This document shows, piece after piece, positions 16,424 through 24,316 of a stretch of DNA of 57,676 nt. Position numbers and translations under genes: made by a program. This DNA is from an uncultured Candidatus Saccharibacteria bacterium (lineage in GTDB: Bacteria; Patescibacteriota; Minisyncoccia; Phycocordibacterales; Zambryskibacteraceae): NCBI GenBank assembly GCA_964608585.1, contig CAZSOL010000001.1, positions 15,990-73,665 on the forward strand, in the 5' to 3' direction. The number at the start of each line of letters is the position of its first letter. The first letter of the stretch is position 1. Below the pieces are notes generated by a model, which worked only from the letters and a program-made list of their open reading frames with translations, was not told the DNA's origin and searched no databases.

Positions 16424-17488
16424 CTACTTGTTGACGCTGACCATGGGTGTCGCTCCGACAACCGTAACTTTCTCGTTGTACCGGTAGGCTTCGGCATCGA
16501 ATGCTCTTACCGTGAGCTCGTTCTCTGCTGCAGGCTTGATGACTTTCTTGATGCGATCGGCATCGGCAGTATTGATGGCCATCTTGGCCTTCTTGTCTGC
16601 CTTACCCTGAATCTCAGTAGCCTTAGCCTTAGCCTTGGCTACGAGTTCAATCCCTTGAGCTTCTGCTTCTGCAGCTCTGATCTTGCCCAACTTGTCACTG
16701 ACAGAGGAGGCTGCTTCAGCACGACGCTTGTTGACTGTGTGACCAGGGCTAACACTCTTCACATAGACATCTCTGATGTCGATGCCCCATGGCTTGGGTT
16801 CGCCAACAAGGACCTTGAGCCTATCCTCGATCATTCGCCCAAGAAGTCTTGTCCTCTCGGCCGCATGACTTGGTGTAATACGGCCGAGAACCTCGAGAAG
16901 CATTCTTGAGACCATGTCTTCAATACGCTTCTCAACTTCTTCCTCGCGAGTACGATCTCCAAAGGGCTTGATGTTCTCGAGGAAATGCTGGAAGGAGGCG
17001 TGCTCGTCATGAAGTTCCCACTCGACGACCACCGCTACTTCGCTTGTGAGAGGGGCGTGCATGGCCTCCTCTTCCATAGCAGAGACGAGCTCTGGATGGT
17101 CCTCCTTCAGCTTGTTGAAGGGAACGAAGTCGTAGTGACCGACATCTGCCTCGTCGAAGTTCGGCAGATTTTTCTTTGGCATGTAGAAGAGTGCTTCTCG
17201 CATACCCTTTTGTGGGATGCGGAAGGGGAGCTTCTTGCCTTCTTGGGCCATGTCGTTGACTCTGTCAATCTCCTCGGGATCCCCCGGGTACTCCTTCTGG
17301 TGTGTTTGTGTGGAGAATACTTCTATTCTCTCCACCAAGAACCAGACCACTCGAAGACCTGGTCTTGCCACTCGACGGAATCTTCCGAAGAGAGAGACGA
17401 GGCCCACGGTTCCGTTCGTCACAATTTTGATTGATGCGACGAGGTACCACAGAACTGACAGAAACAAAATCAGTATGAAGGTAGACAT
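16424..17488 (-). CDS. SPFH/Band-7 (stomatin/flotillin-like) domain protein
   Basis: N-terminal TM segment, then IKIVTNGTVGLVSLFGRFRRVARPGLRVV (SPFH start). The C-terminus is an Ala/Lys/Glu-rich coiled coil (AAEAEAQGIELVAKAKAKATEIQGKADKKA). I prefer the ATG at 17488, which has AGGGAG 6 nt upstream. Confidence 0.7.
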   Translation of the reverse strand: MSTFILILFLSVLWYLVASIKIVTNGTVGLVSLFGRFRRVARPGLRVVWFLVERIEVFSTQTHQKEYPGDPEEIDRVNDMAQEGKKLPFRIPQKGMREALFYMPKKNLPNFDEADVGHYDFVPFNKLKEDHPELVSAMEEEAMHAPLTSEVAVVVEWELHDEHASFQHFLENIKPFGDRTREEEVEKRIEDMVSRMLLEVLGRITPSHAAERTRLLGRMIEDRLKVLVGEPKPWGIDIRDVYVKSVSPGHTVNKRRAEAASSVSDKLGKIRAAEAEAQGIELVAKAKAKATEIQGKADKKAKMAINTADADRIKKVIKPAAENELTVRAFDAEAYRYNEKVTVVGATPMVSVNK

Positions 17489-17550
17489 TCTGTTCTCCCT
17501 GCGACTGAGTCGCATTTGGGTAAGTAGTTACAATGTGCGTATCTAGCGCG

Positions 17551-17579
17551 AATGTATCACAAAAAGACTAAAAAGTCAA
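17551..17579 (-). promoter_or_regulatory. Sigma-70-type promoter with extended -10 (minus strand)
   Basis: TTGACT-N17-TACATT with TGa immediately upstream of the -10. Confidence 0.5.
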
Positions 17580-17605
17580 GTTTGTGGTAAGAGCTTTTGT
17601 GGTTG

Positions 17606-17686
17606 TGGGCGGGAGAGGACTTGAACCTCCACACCTTGCGGTACTTGGTCCTAAGCCAAGCGTGTCTACCATTTCACCACCCGCCC
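17606..17686 (-). tRNA. tRNA-Leu (anticodon TAG)
   Basis: GGGCGGG acceptor stem, anticodon loop CTTAGGA, long variable arm and GGTTCAAGTCC T-arm. 81 nt with no encoded CCA. Confidence 0.9.
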
Positions 17687-17690
17687 AATG

Positions 17691-17763
17691 TGCACCCTGA
17701 AGGGATCGAACCTTCGACCTTATCCTTAAGAGGGATCTGCTCTACCAGCTGAGCTAAGGGTGC
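17691..17763 (-). tRNA. tRNA-Lys (anticodon CTT)
   Basis: GCACCCT acceptor stem, AGCTCAGCTGGTAGAGC D-arm, anticodon loop CTCTTAA and GGTTCGATCC T-arm. 73 nt. Confidence 0.9.
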
Positions 17764-17824
17764 AGGTAAGAGAAACTATAGCGAAAAAACAATTCTATTT
17801 CAATGTTCATATATAATTAAATGT

Positions 17825-18268
17825 ATGAAGACACAAAGAGGCTTTACTCTTGTGGAGGTTGTTATCGCTGTAACTATTTTCTCTATTGTCACCTTAAGTG
17901 TGTACAAAGCTTATACAACCATAATGGAGGTGTCTCGTGCATCACGCCTTAAGGTTTTGGCCACAGCTTTGTCTAGCGAGCAGTTTGAGATTGTTCGCAA
18001 CTTGGCTTATGTGGATGTTGGGGTAGTGGGAGGTGATCCTTCTGGCAGGATCCCTGCCACACAAAGCCTTGTTCGAGGAGGAGTTGAGTTTGTGGTTGAT
18101 ACAGCAGTCCAAAATGTTGACGACCCCTTTGACGGTGTCTCGCCAGTAGATACAGAGCCAGCAGATTATAAGTTGGTACAAGTCTCGCTCTCGTGTCCTA
18201 TGTGCAAAAATTTTCTTCCAACAAACTTTGTTACTTACATTGCTCCTAGGAGTCTTGAAAATGATTAA
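17825..18268 (+). CDS. Type IV pilin-like protein (prepilin N-terminal cleavage/methylation motif)
   Basis: MKTQRG|FTLVEVVIAVTIFSIVTL, the class III signal peptide pattern. Confidence 0.8.
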   Translation: MKTQRGFTLVEVVIAVTIFSIVTLSVYKAYTTIMEVSRASRLKVLATALSSEQFEIVRNLAYVDVGVVGGDPSGRIPATQSLVRGGVEFVVDTAVQNVDDPFDGVSPVDTEPADYKLVQVSLSCPMCKNFLPTNFVTYIAPRSLEND

Positions 18269-18893
18269 GATGAATCAAGCACATTACAGAAAAGTTTTTA
18301 ATAAAGGCTTCACACTAGTTGAGACCTTATTGGTGGTTTCTATCTTAGTTATGATTTCTTTTGCCTTTTATGCCTTCCAGAGAGACATCTTTTCTCTCAA
18401 CGAGAGTCTTTCTCGGAACTTAACTGCTCAAGATGAAGCTCGCAGAGCTTTAAAGTTTATGATCTACGAGATTCGCGTGGCTTCTCCATCTAGTCTCGGC
18501 TCTTATGCTTTAAGTCAGGTGGCCACTTCGTCTTTTGTTTTTTACGCAAATATAGACGACGATAGCTTGAAAGAAAGAGTTAGATATTTTGTTGAAGATT
18601 CAACCCTTAAGAGAGGTGTGATAAAGCCGTCTGGGTCACCACCAACTTATGATCTTGAGAGTGAGGAGTTTGTTGATCTTGTACACAATTTGGCCAATGG
18701 CACTACCTCGGTTTTTAGTTATTATGACGAAGATTATGATGGAACGACGTCACCGCTTTCTGAGCCAGTGGATGCAACTCTAGTACGCTTGGTCAAGATA
18801 TTTTTTATTGTTGATGGTGGAGTACAAGGTTCTACTACTCCCCTAACTTTTACCACTCAAGTTCAGATGAGGAATTTGAAGGATAACCTATGA
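18261..18893 (+). CDS. Type IV pseudopilin / minor pilin
   Basis: ...FNKG|FTLVETLLVVSILVMISF. The ATG at 18261 overlaps the previous stop by 8 nt. Confidence 0.75.
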   Translation: MIKMNQAHYRKVFNKGFTLVETLLVVSILVMISFAFYAFQRDIFSLNESLSRNLTAQDEARRALKFMIYEIRVASPSSLGSYALSQVATSSFVFYANIDDDSLKERVRYFVEDSTLKRGVIKPSGSPPTYDLESEEFVDLVHNLANGTTSVFSYYDEDYDGTTSPLSEPVDATLVRLVKIFFIVDGGVQGSTTPLTFTTQVQMRNLKDNL

Positions 18894-20317
18894 AGACACA
18901 AACAGGATACATCTTAATACCTATGGTGATTTTCGCTGCTATCTCTACGTATCTTTCTGGTGCTATGGTCAATTGGACTGCAGTGAGTCTTAAGGCCGGA
19001 GAGCGCGAGGTCAAACGAGAGTCATCCATACAGATAGCTGAGGCGGGGGTGGACTATTATCGTTGGCACCTAGCACAAGCTCCAGACGATTTCCAAGATG
19101 GAACCGGATCTCCTGGTCCTTATGTTCATGAGGTTAGAGATATTGAAGGCAATGTTGTTGGAGAGTTTACTCTGGAGATAACACCACCTCCTTTGGGTAC
19201 GGCTTTGGTTGGAGTTGAGTCTATTGGAGCTGTTGACGATGATGCATCTACGGACCGTAAGGTGGCTGTGAGGTTTGGTAAGCGCTCTATAGCTAAGTAT
19301 GCTGTGGCAGCTAATGACGCTATTAGATTTGGAGAGGGGACAGAGGTGACCGGGCCAGTACATTCTAACAATGGCGTAAGGTTTGATGGCTTTGCTCATA
19401 ATATTGTGACGAGCTCTGTAGCTTCGTACAATGATCCAGATCACTCGGGAGGTGATGAGTTTGGAGTCCACACGCATGTCTTTCCAGTGGACCCTCTACC
19501 TCCTTCGGCGATACCCAATAGACCTGATGTGTTTGAGACGGGCAGACAGTTCCCTGTAGAGGCCGTCGACTTCGTTGGGATAACAACCGATTTGTTACAA
19601 ATGCGAACAGATGCACAGGCCAATGGTTTTTATAGACCGAGTGCTGGTGCTCTTGGGTATCACGTGGTTCTGAGGACCGATGATACCTTTGACCTGTATA
19701 GAGTCACAAACTTAGTTAATGCTCCATCAGGGTGCACAAACAGTGGTAACCAATCTGGTTGGGGCACTTGGAGTATAGGAGCTCAACAACTTATAGGTAA
19801 CTATCCGTTACCGACGAACGGCATAATCTTTTTAGAAGATGATGTCTTCGTTGATGGACAGATTGATGGAGCAAGATTGACCATAGTAGCCGCCTTTTTG
19901 CCGGATAATGGTCCGCTTAGGAAAAATATTATAGTGAACAATGATCTATTATACTCTTCTTACGATGGTTCTGACGCTATAGGTTTAATTGCGCAGGGCA
20001 ATGTAAGTGTTGGGATGGTTAGTGAGAACGATCTAAGGATTGATGCTGCTCTCATCGCTCAAAACGGACGAGTTGGTCGTTATTATTATGCTCCACCTAG
20101 TGGTGGTTCTCAGAGATGCTCACCATACCACGCCAGACAAGAGATAACTCTCTGGGGGATGATTGCTTCTTACCAACGGTATGGCTTTGCTTATACAGGA
20201 GGTTTGGGTTATTTGATCAGGAACATTAATTACGATGGGAATCTTTTATACGGTCCTCCACCGAGCTTCCCATTAACTTCCGAAGAATATATTTCTCTTA
20301 CTTGGGATGAGGGGTAG
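18890..20317 (+). CDS. Large pilus-associated protein (PilX-like N-terminal helix)
   Basis: 475 aa. N-terminal hydrophobic helix MKTQTGYILIPMVIFAAISTYLSGAMV. ATGA overlap with the preceding pseudopilin gene. Confidence 0.55.
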   Translation: MKTQTGYILIPMVIFAAISTYLSGAMVNWTAVSLKAGEREVKRESSIQIAEAGVDYYRWHLAQAPDDFQDGTGSPGPYVHEVRDIEGNVVGEFTLEITPPPLGTALVGVESIGAVDDDASTDRKVAVRFGKRSIAKYAVAANDAIRFGEGTEVTGPVHSNNGVRFDGFAHNIVTSSVASYNDPDHSGGDEFGVHTHVFPVDPLPPSAIPNRPDVFETGRQFPVEAVDFVGITTDLLQMRTDAQANGFYRPSAGALGYHVVLRTDDTFDLYRVTNLVNAPSGCTNSGNQSGWGTWSIGAQQLIGNYPLPTNGIIFLEDDVFVDGQIDGARLTIVAAFLPDNGPLRKNIIVNNDLLYSSYDGSDAIGLIAQGNVSVGMVSENDLRIDAALIAQNGRVGRYYYAPPSGGSQRCSPYHARQEITLWGMIASYQRYGFAYTGGLGYLIRNINYDGNLLYGPPPSFPLTSEEYISLTWDEG

Positions 20318-20327
20318 TTAGGTTTTG

Positions 20328-20398
20328 TGCGAGATGGGAGAATCGAACTCCCGCCCGATGCTTGGGAAGCACCAGTTCTACCACTAAACTAATCTCGC
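20328..20398 (-). tRNA. tRNA-Gly (anticodon CCC)
   Basis: GCGAGAT acceptor stem, anticodon loop TTCCCAA and GAGTTCGATTCTC T-arm. 71 nt. Confidence 0.9.
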
Positions 20399-20401
20399 GG
20401 G

Positions 20402-20483
20402 TGCCCGAGGTGGGGGTCGAACCCACATCCCTTGCGAGACACGATTTTAAGTCGTGCGCGTATACCAATTCCGCCACTCGGGC
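20402..20483 (-). tRNA. tRNA-Leu (anticodon TAA)
   Basis: GCCCGAG acceptor stem, anticodon loop CTTAAAA and a long variable arm. 82 nt. Confidence 0.9.
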
Positions 20484-20508
20484 AAACAGCCCGCCAACGC
20501 GAGCCTTG

Positions 20509-20580
20509 AGGCCTAGGGCGGAATCGCACCGCCGTATAACTCTTTTGCAGAGAGTTGCCTTACTACTTGGCGACTAGGCC
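20509..20580 (-). tRNA. tRNA-Cys (anticodon GCA)
   Basis: GGCCTAG acceptor stem, 3-bp D stem, anticodon loop CTGCAAA and GGTGCGATTCC T-arm. 72 nt. Confidence 0.85.
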
Positions 20581-20607
20581 GTAGACACTACATTATCATA
20601 CCTGAGT

Positions 20608-20928
20608 CTATCGGCTAATCTCATCTAGCCTCTGACGGTTACGTTCGCCATAATCTATCTTGAAGCGAAGGTGGGGGATGATGCCCATTCTAGACTTTTT
20701 CATCATATGCACTTTGAACTCAGGAGCCTTCCTCTCTAAGAACTTTAGAGCTGTATCCTCCTCAGACTCAGGCAGGGTGGTGAAGAAGATCACTGCATCC
20801 TTCCCCGATGCATTTAGAACCACACGAGTGATGGTGATGAGAGAGGACTTGCCAGCTTCGTCACGGACAAACTCCGCTGCACTTCTGTGGATGATCTCTT
20901 CAACCTTGTCGTGTTTGATCGGACGCAT
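20608..20928 (-). CDS. rbfA: Ribosome-binding factor A
   Basis: 106 aa: ...SSLITITRVVLNASGKDAVIFFT...IPHLRFKID. It lies directly after infB, the conserved infB-rbfA order. Confidence 0.85.
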   Translation of the reverse strand: MRPIKHDKVEEIIHRSAAEFVRDEAGKSSLITITRVVLNASGKDAVIFFTTLPESEEDTALKFLERKAPEFKVHMMKKSRMGIIPHLRFKIDYGERNRQRLDEISR

Positions 20929-22422
20929 TTATTTGGTTACTAGTACAACACGCTCTATATAATCTCCGGGGGCAAGCTCTACTTTGGCTTCTATCATGGT
21001 GCCAAACTCACTACCTTCGGATACATTGTCTACAGCAACCTTGGACTGCTGAAGCTCTCTAACCTTACCTCGACCTATCTCCTCGTCTCTACGTACAATC
21101 TTTACTTGAGAGTTTTTCTCTATGAGACCACTCTCAACTCTTGCGCCTAAGACTTGCTTGTCTTTAGTCTTGCTAAAGAGTTTTAGTATTTTGGCTCGAC
21201 CAAGCACTTCCTCTGTCTCTATCTTTGGGGCTCTCTCGTTTAGAAGTTCTTCTACTCGCTCTTTGAGTTTGTAGATAATGTCATAGAGCTCTATAGAGAC
21301 TCCCTCTGTCCTCTCAGCTAGAGCTCCAGCTTGAGCATCTATCTTCGTATTGAAGCCAAATATTGTTGTACCAGCACTTGTCATAGCACTCTTTACGTCA
21401 CTCTCACTGATAGTACCCACGTCGGCGCTAACTATCTTTAGACAGATGCCTTCTTTGGAAATTTTCTCAAGTTCGTGTTTGATGGCTTCCAAGCTTCCCA
21501 TAGCATCAGCCTTGATGATGATAGGTAGAGAGACGATATTCTCGTCTGTCTCTCCCACCATCTGGCTTTTAGGAATATGCGCTTTGATCGCTTCCGAGTC
21601 GGCATAAAGCTGAGCGGCTTTCTTGTCGTTAAATATTTCAAAGACTGTACCGACTATTGGTAACTTGTCCCAACCGATTATTTGTATTGGGGAGGAGAAG
21701 GTTATCTTCTCCTTCTTATCTCCTTCGGCATTTAAGATGTATCTTAGAGGAGCAATGGTGCCGATAGATGCAGCTATCTGACCGACCTTAACCGTACCGT
21801 CCTTTACAATCCCTACGGCGGTTATACCCTTCTTTGGGTCAAGTCTGCTCTCAATGATGATCCCTGTACCCAAGCGGTCCATCTCTCCGGTGTGATGTTC
21901 AACCTCAGAGAGAAGAAGGACAAGGTCCAAGAAATCCCTAACCCCTTCTCCTGTCTTAGCAGAGAGAGCTACTACTGGTACATCTCCTCCATAGCCTTCA
22001 ACATACACATCGTTCTCAGCCAAAGACTGCTTAGCCATATCGATGTTTGCAGATGGCTTGTCTATCTTGGTTATAGCTACAAGCATAGGTGCCTTAGCCT
22101 CTCTAATACGTTTGAGAGCTTCTATTGTTTGAGGCTTTACTCCATCTTCGGCAGAGACGACTAGTACTGCGATGTCAGCCGCGCGAGCTCCGCGAGCACG
22201 GATAGATGCAAAGGCCTCGTGCCCAGGAGTGTCTAAGAAGGTGATCCTCTTGCTCTCACCCTCGCTTGTTTTGTGGATTATTTCATAAGCGCTGACGTGT
22301 TGAGTGATCCCTCCTGCCTCGCCTCCCACGATGTTTGACTTCCTGATGTAGTCAAGAAGCGTCGACTTGCCGTGGTCGATGTGTCCCATAATAGCTACGA
22401 CTGGTGGTCGAGAGAATTTCAT
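20929..22422 (-). CDS. infB: Translation initiation factor IF-2 (short form without the N-terminal extension)
   Basis: [28 protein letters not shown] and AITKIDK G-motifs start at residue ~5. 497 aa. Confidence 0.93.
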   Translation of the reverse strand: MKFSRPPVVAIMGHIDHGKSTLLDYIRKSNIVGGEAGGITQHVSAYEIIHKTSEGESKRITFLDTPGHEAFASIRARGARAADIAVLVVSAEDGVKPQTIEALKRIREAKAPMLVAITKIDKPSANIDMAKQSLAENDVYVEGYGGDVPVVALSAKTGEGVRDFLDLVLLLSEVEHHTGEMDRLGTGIIIESRLDPKKGITAVGIVKDGTVKVGQIAASIGTIAPLRYILNAEGDKKEKITFSSPIQIIGWDKLPIVGTVFEIFNDKKAAQLYADSEAIKAHIPKSQMVGETDENIVSLPIIIKADAMGSLEAIKHELEKISKEGICLKIVSADVGTISESDVKSAMTSAGTTIFGFNTKIDAQAGALAERTEGVSIELYDIIYKLKERVEELLNERAPKIETEEVLGRAKILKLFSKTKDKQVLGARVESGLIEKNSQVKIVRRDEEIGRGKVRELQQSKVAVDNVSEGSEFGTMIEAKVELAPGDYIERVVLVTK

Positions 22423-22448
22423 TGTTTGCGTACTTTAGCACAAAGAGG

Positions 22449-22476
22449 TTGCAAAATCACGCTTTATTTCTAGAAT
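22449..22476 (+). promoter_or_regulatory. Sigma-70-type promoter; the -10 lies 6 nt before the ATG at 22483
   Basis: TTGCAA-N16-TAGAAT, then gagtca, then ATG. No SD. Confidence 0.5.
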
Positions 22477-22482
22477 GAGTCA

Positions 22483-23523
22483 ATGGGGATATTTAAAAGA
22501 GCTAGGATTTTCTTAGATTTTGCAGGAGGGGAGAGGAACCCTTCGTCAATACATAAGGAAGGAAGAGAGGCCAAAAAGGCTTTGGAGGCTTCTCGCATCA
22601 AGATGTCTCAACTTCTTATGTGCCAAGCAAGGGATATTATCTTTACCAGTGGTGGTACGGAGGCTGATAATTTAGCCATAATTGGGGTTGTAGAGAGAGC
22701 TAGGACAAAAGTAGATAGACCTCACATAATTATTTCTGCTTTGGAACATCCAGCGGTCTACGAGAGTGCTAAGAAGTCAGAGAGCTTAGGGGTTGAGGTT
22801 ACGGTCATAGAGCCCGAAGAGGGAATTATAAATCCTCAAACTGTCCTGAAGAAGATTAAGGAGAACACCGTACTAGTGTCTGTTGTCTATGGTGCAAGTG
22901 AGACAGGAGCTATAAACCCCGTGCCAAAGATTGCTCGTCTTATAAGAGATCAGAGGAACAAAAGAGGAACAGAGTTTCCTTATATCCATACAGATTCCTC
23001 ACAAGCTTATGAGTTCTTGCCAGTGGATATTGGCAGACTTGGAGCGGATTTAATAACTCTAGATAGAGTTCTTGTTGTTAGGCCAAACGTTTCTATAAAC
23101 CCAATTATCGTTGGTGGGGGTCAAGAAAGAGGTTTAAGAAGTGGTACAGAAGATGTGCTAGGCATAGAGAAGTTTGTTAATAGCTTTGAGCAGTCTTTGA
23201 AGGATAGAGAAAGAAATTTTGAAAAGTTAAAAAGGCTCAAAGAAGTGTTTTTGAAAGAAGTTAGAGATCTTGTCCCCCAAGCGGTATTAAACACTCCGGA
23301 AGAAAGTTTGCCAAACATTGTGAGTCTCACTATTCCAAACAAATTGCATGAGTTTCTGGCAGTGAAGCTTGATGAGAGAGGTGTAGCAGTGTCTACGGGA
23401 AGCTCTTGTGACTCGTCAAAAAACGAAAAAGATAAAGAGGCATTGAGATTCTCCTTTGGACTTAAAACGAAAGACAGTGAGGTAAAAAAAGCTGTTAGAA
23501 CTTTAAAAGACGTTGTGATATAA
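22483..23523 (+). CDS. Class V aminotransferase / cysteine-desulfurase-like protein with the PLP-lysine region apparently deleted
   Basis: NPSSIH, FTSGGTEADNLAI, ALEHPAV, TDSSQA and STGSSC are present. Where SGHKxxGPKG is expected, the sequence reads DLITLDRVLVVRPN. Confidence 0.6.
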   Translation: MGIFKRARIFLDFAGGERNPSSIHKEGREAKKALEASRIKMSQLLMCQARDIIFTSGGTEADNLAIIGVVERARTKVDRPHIIISALEHPAVYESAKKSESLGVEVTVIEPEEGIINPQTVLKKIKENTVLVSVVYGASETGAINPVPKIARLIRDQRNKRGTEFPYIHTDSSQAYEFLPVDIGRLGADLITLDRVLVVRPNVSINPIIVGGGQERGLRSGTEDVLGIEKFVNSFEQSLKDRERNFEKLKRLKEVFLKEVRDLVPQAVLNTPEESLPNIVSLTIPNKLHEFLAVKLDERGVAVSTGSSCDSSKNEKDKEALRFSFGLKTKDSEVKKAVRTLKDVVI

Positions 23524-23530
23524 TGGCTAT

Positions 23531-24316
23531 ATGACAACGATGGAAGATCTTACAAAGACTCAAATCGTTCTCCTCACCTTGCTTGTGAGCTTCATTACCT
23601 CAATAGCTACTGGTATTATTACCACCTCACTTTTGGCCGAAGCTCCACAAGCAGTGACGCAGACGATAGACAGAGTTGTTGAGCGTACCATAGAGCAAGT
23701 CGCCCCAGGGACGAATGTTAAGGAGGTAACTATTGTCAAAGAGGATGACGCCATTGTCTCCTCTATTGAGTCTACATCAAGATCTGTGGTAAGAGTGCTC
23801 ACACCTCCAGATGGTAACGGAGCCTCACACTTTTATGCTCTTGGTGTTGTGGTTGGTAGACAGGGGTACATCCTTTCTGACAAGAGAGATGTTCAAGGGG
23901 GTACATACACCGTTGTCTTCTCAGATGGATCTAGCTCTAATGCATATGTCCACAAAATGAGTGAGAGTGGTAGTATGGTCATCTTCAAACTTCAGGCTGA
24001 TGATGCCAAGATAAGAAGTCTTACTCCTATAAAGCTTTCTTCTGTAGACCCAAAGCTTGGTCAGACGGTTGTAGCTATAGAGGGAGAAGTTAGGCGTTCT
24101 GTAGCGGTGGGCAGAGTCGTCTCGTTAGATGAGAACGTTGGCTCTGTTATGACTGATGTAAGTCCTTTGAATGAGACAGAGGGGGGGGCACTACTTAATC
24201 TTTCGGGTGAGCTTGTAGGGCTCAAGACCTCAAACTTTGACCTCACCTTGCCAAAGAGCTCTTACACCACAGTTTCAGCTTTGTCTAAATTTATAAGCAA
24301 TGCTTCCATTCAATAA
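23531..24316 (+). CDS. Membrane-anchored trypsin-like (HtrA/S1C-like) domain protein with the catalytic triad apparently substituted
   Basis: N-terminal TM segment, then an S1C-like scaffold (SVVRVL, GYILSDKRDV, VVAIEG, TDVSPLNETEGGALLNLSGELVGL). The GNSGG serine box reads ETEGG. Confidence 0.55.
   Translation: MTTMEDLTKTQIVLLTLLVSFITSIATGIITTSLLAEAPQAVTQTIDRVVERTIEQVAPGTNVKEVTIVKEDDAIVSSIESTSRSVVRVLTPPDGNGASHFYALGVVVGRQGYILSDKRDVQGGTYTVVFSDGSSSNAYVHKMSESGSMVIFKLQADDAKIRSLTPIKLSSVDPKLGQTVVAIEGEVRRSVAVGRVVSLDENVGSVMTDVSPLNETEGGALLNLSGELVGLKTSNFDLTLPKSSYTTVSALSKFISNASIQ

Noticed and set aside
20362-20577. A 71-aa plus-strand ORF.
   Set aside because: It lies entirely over the three minus-strand tRNA genes (Gly, Leu, Cys).
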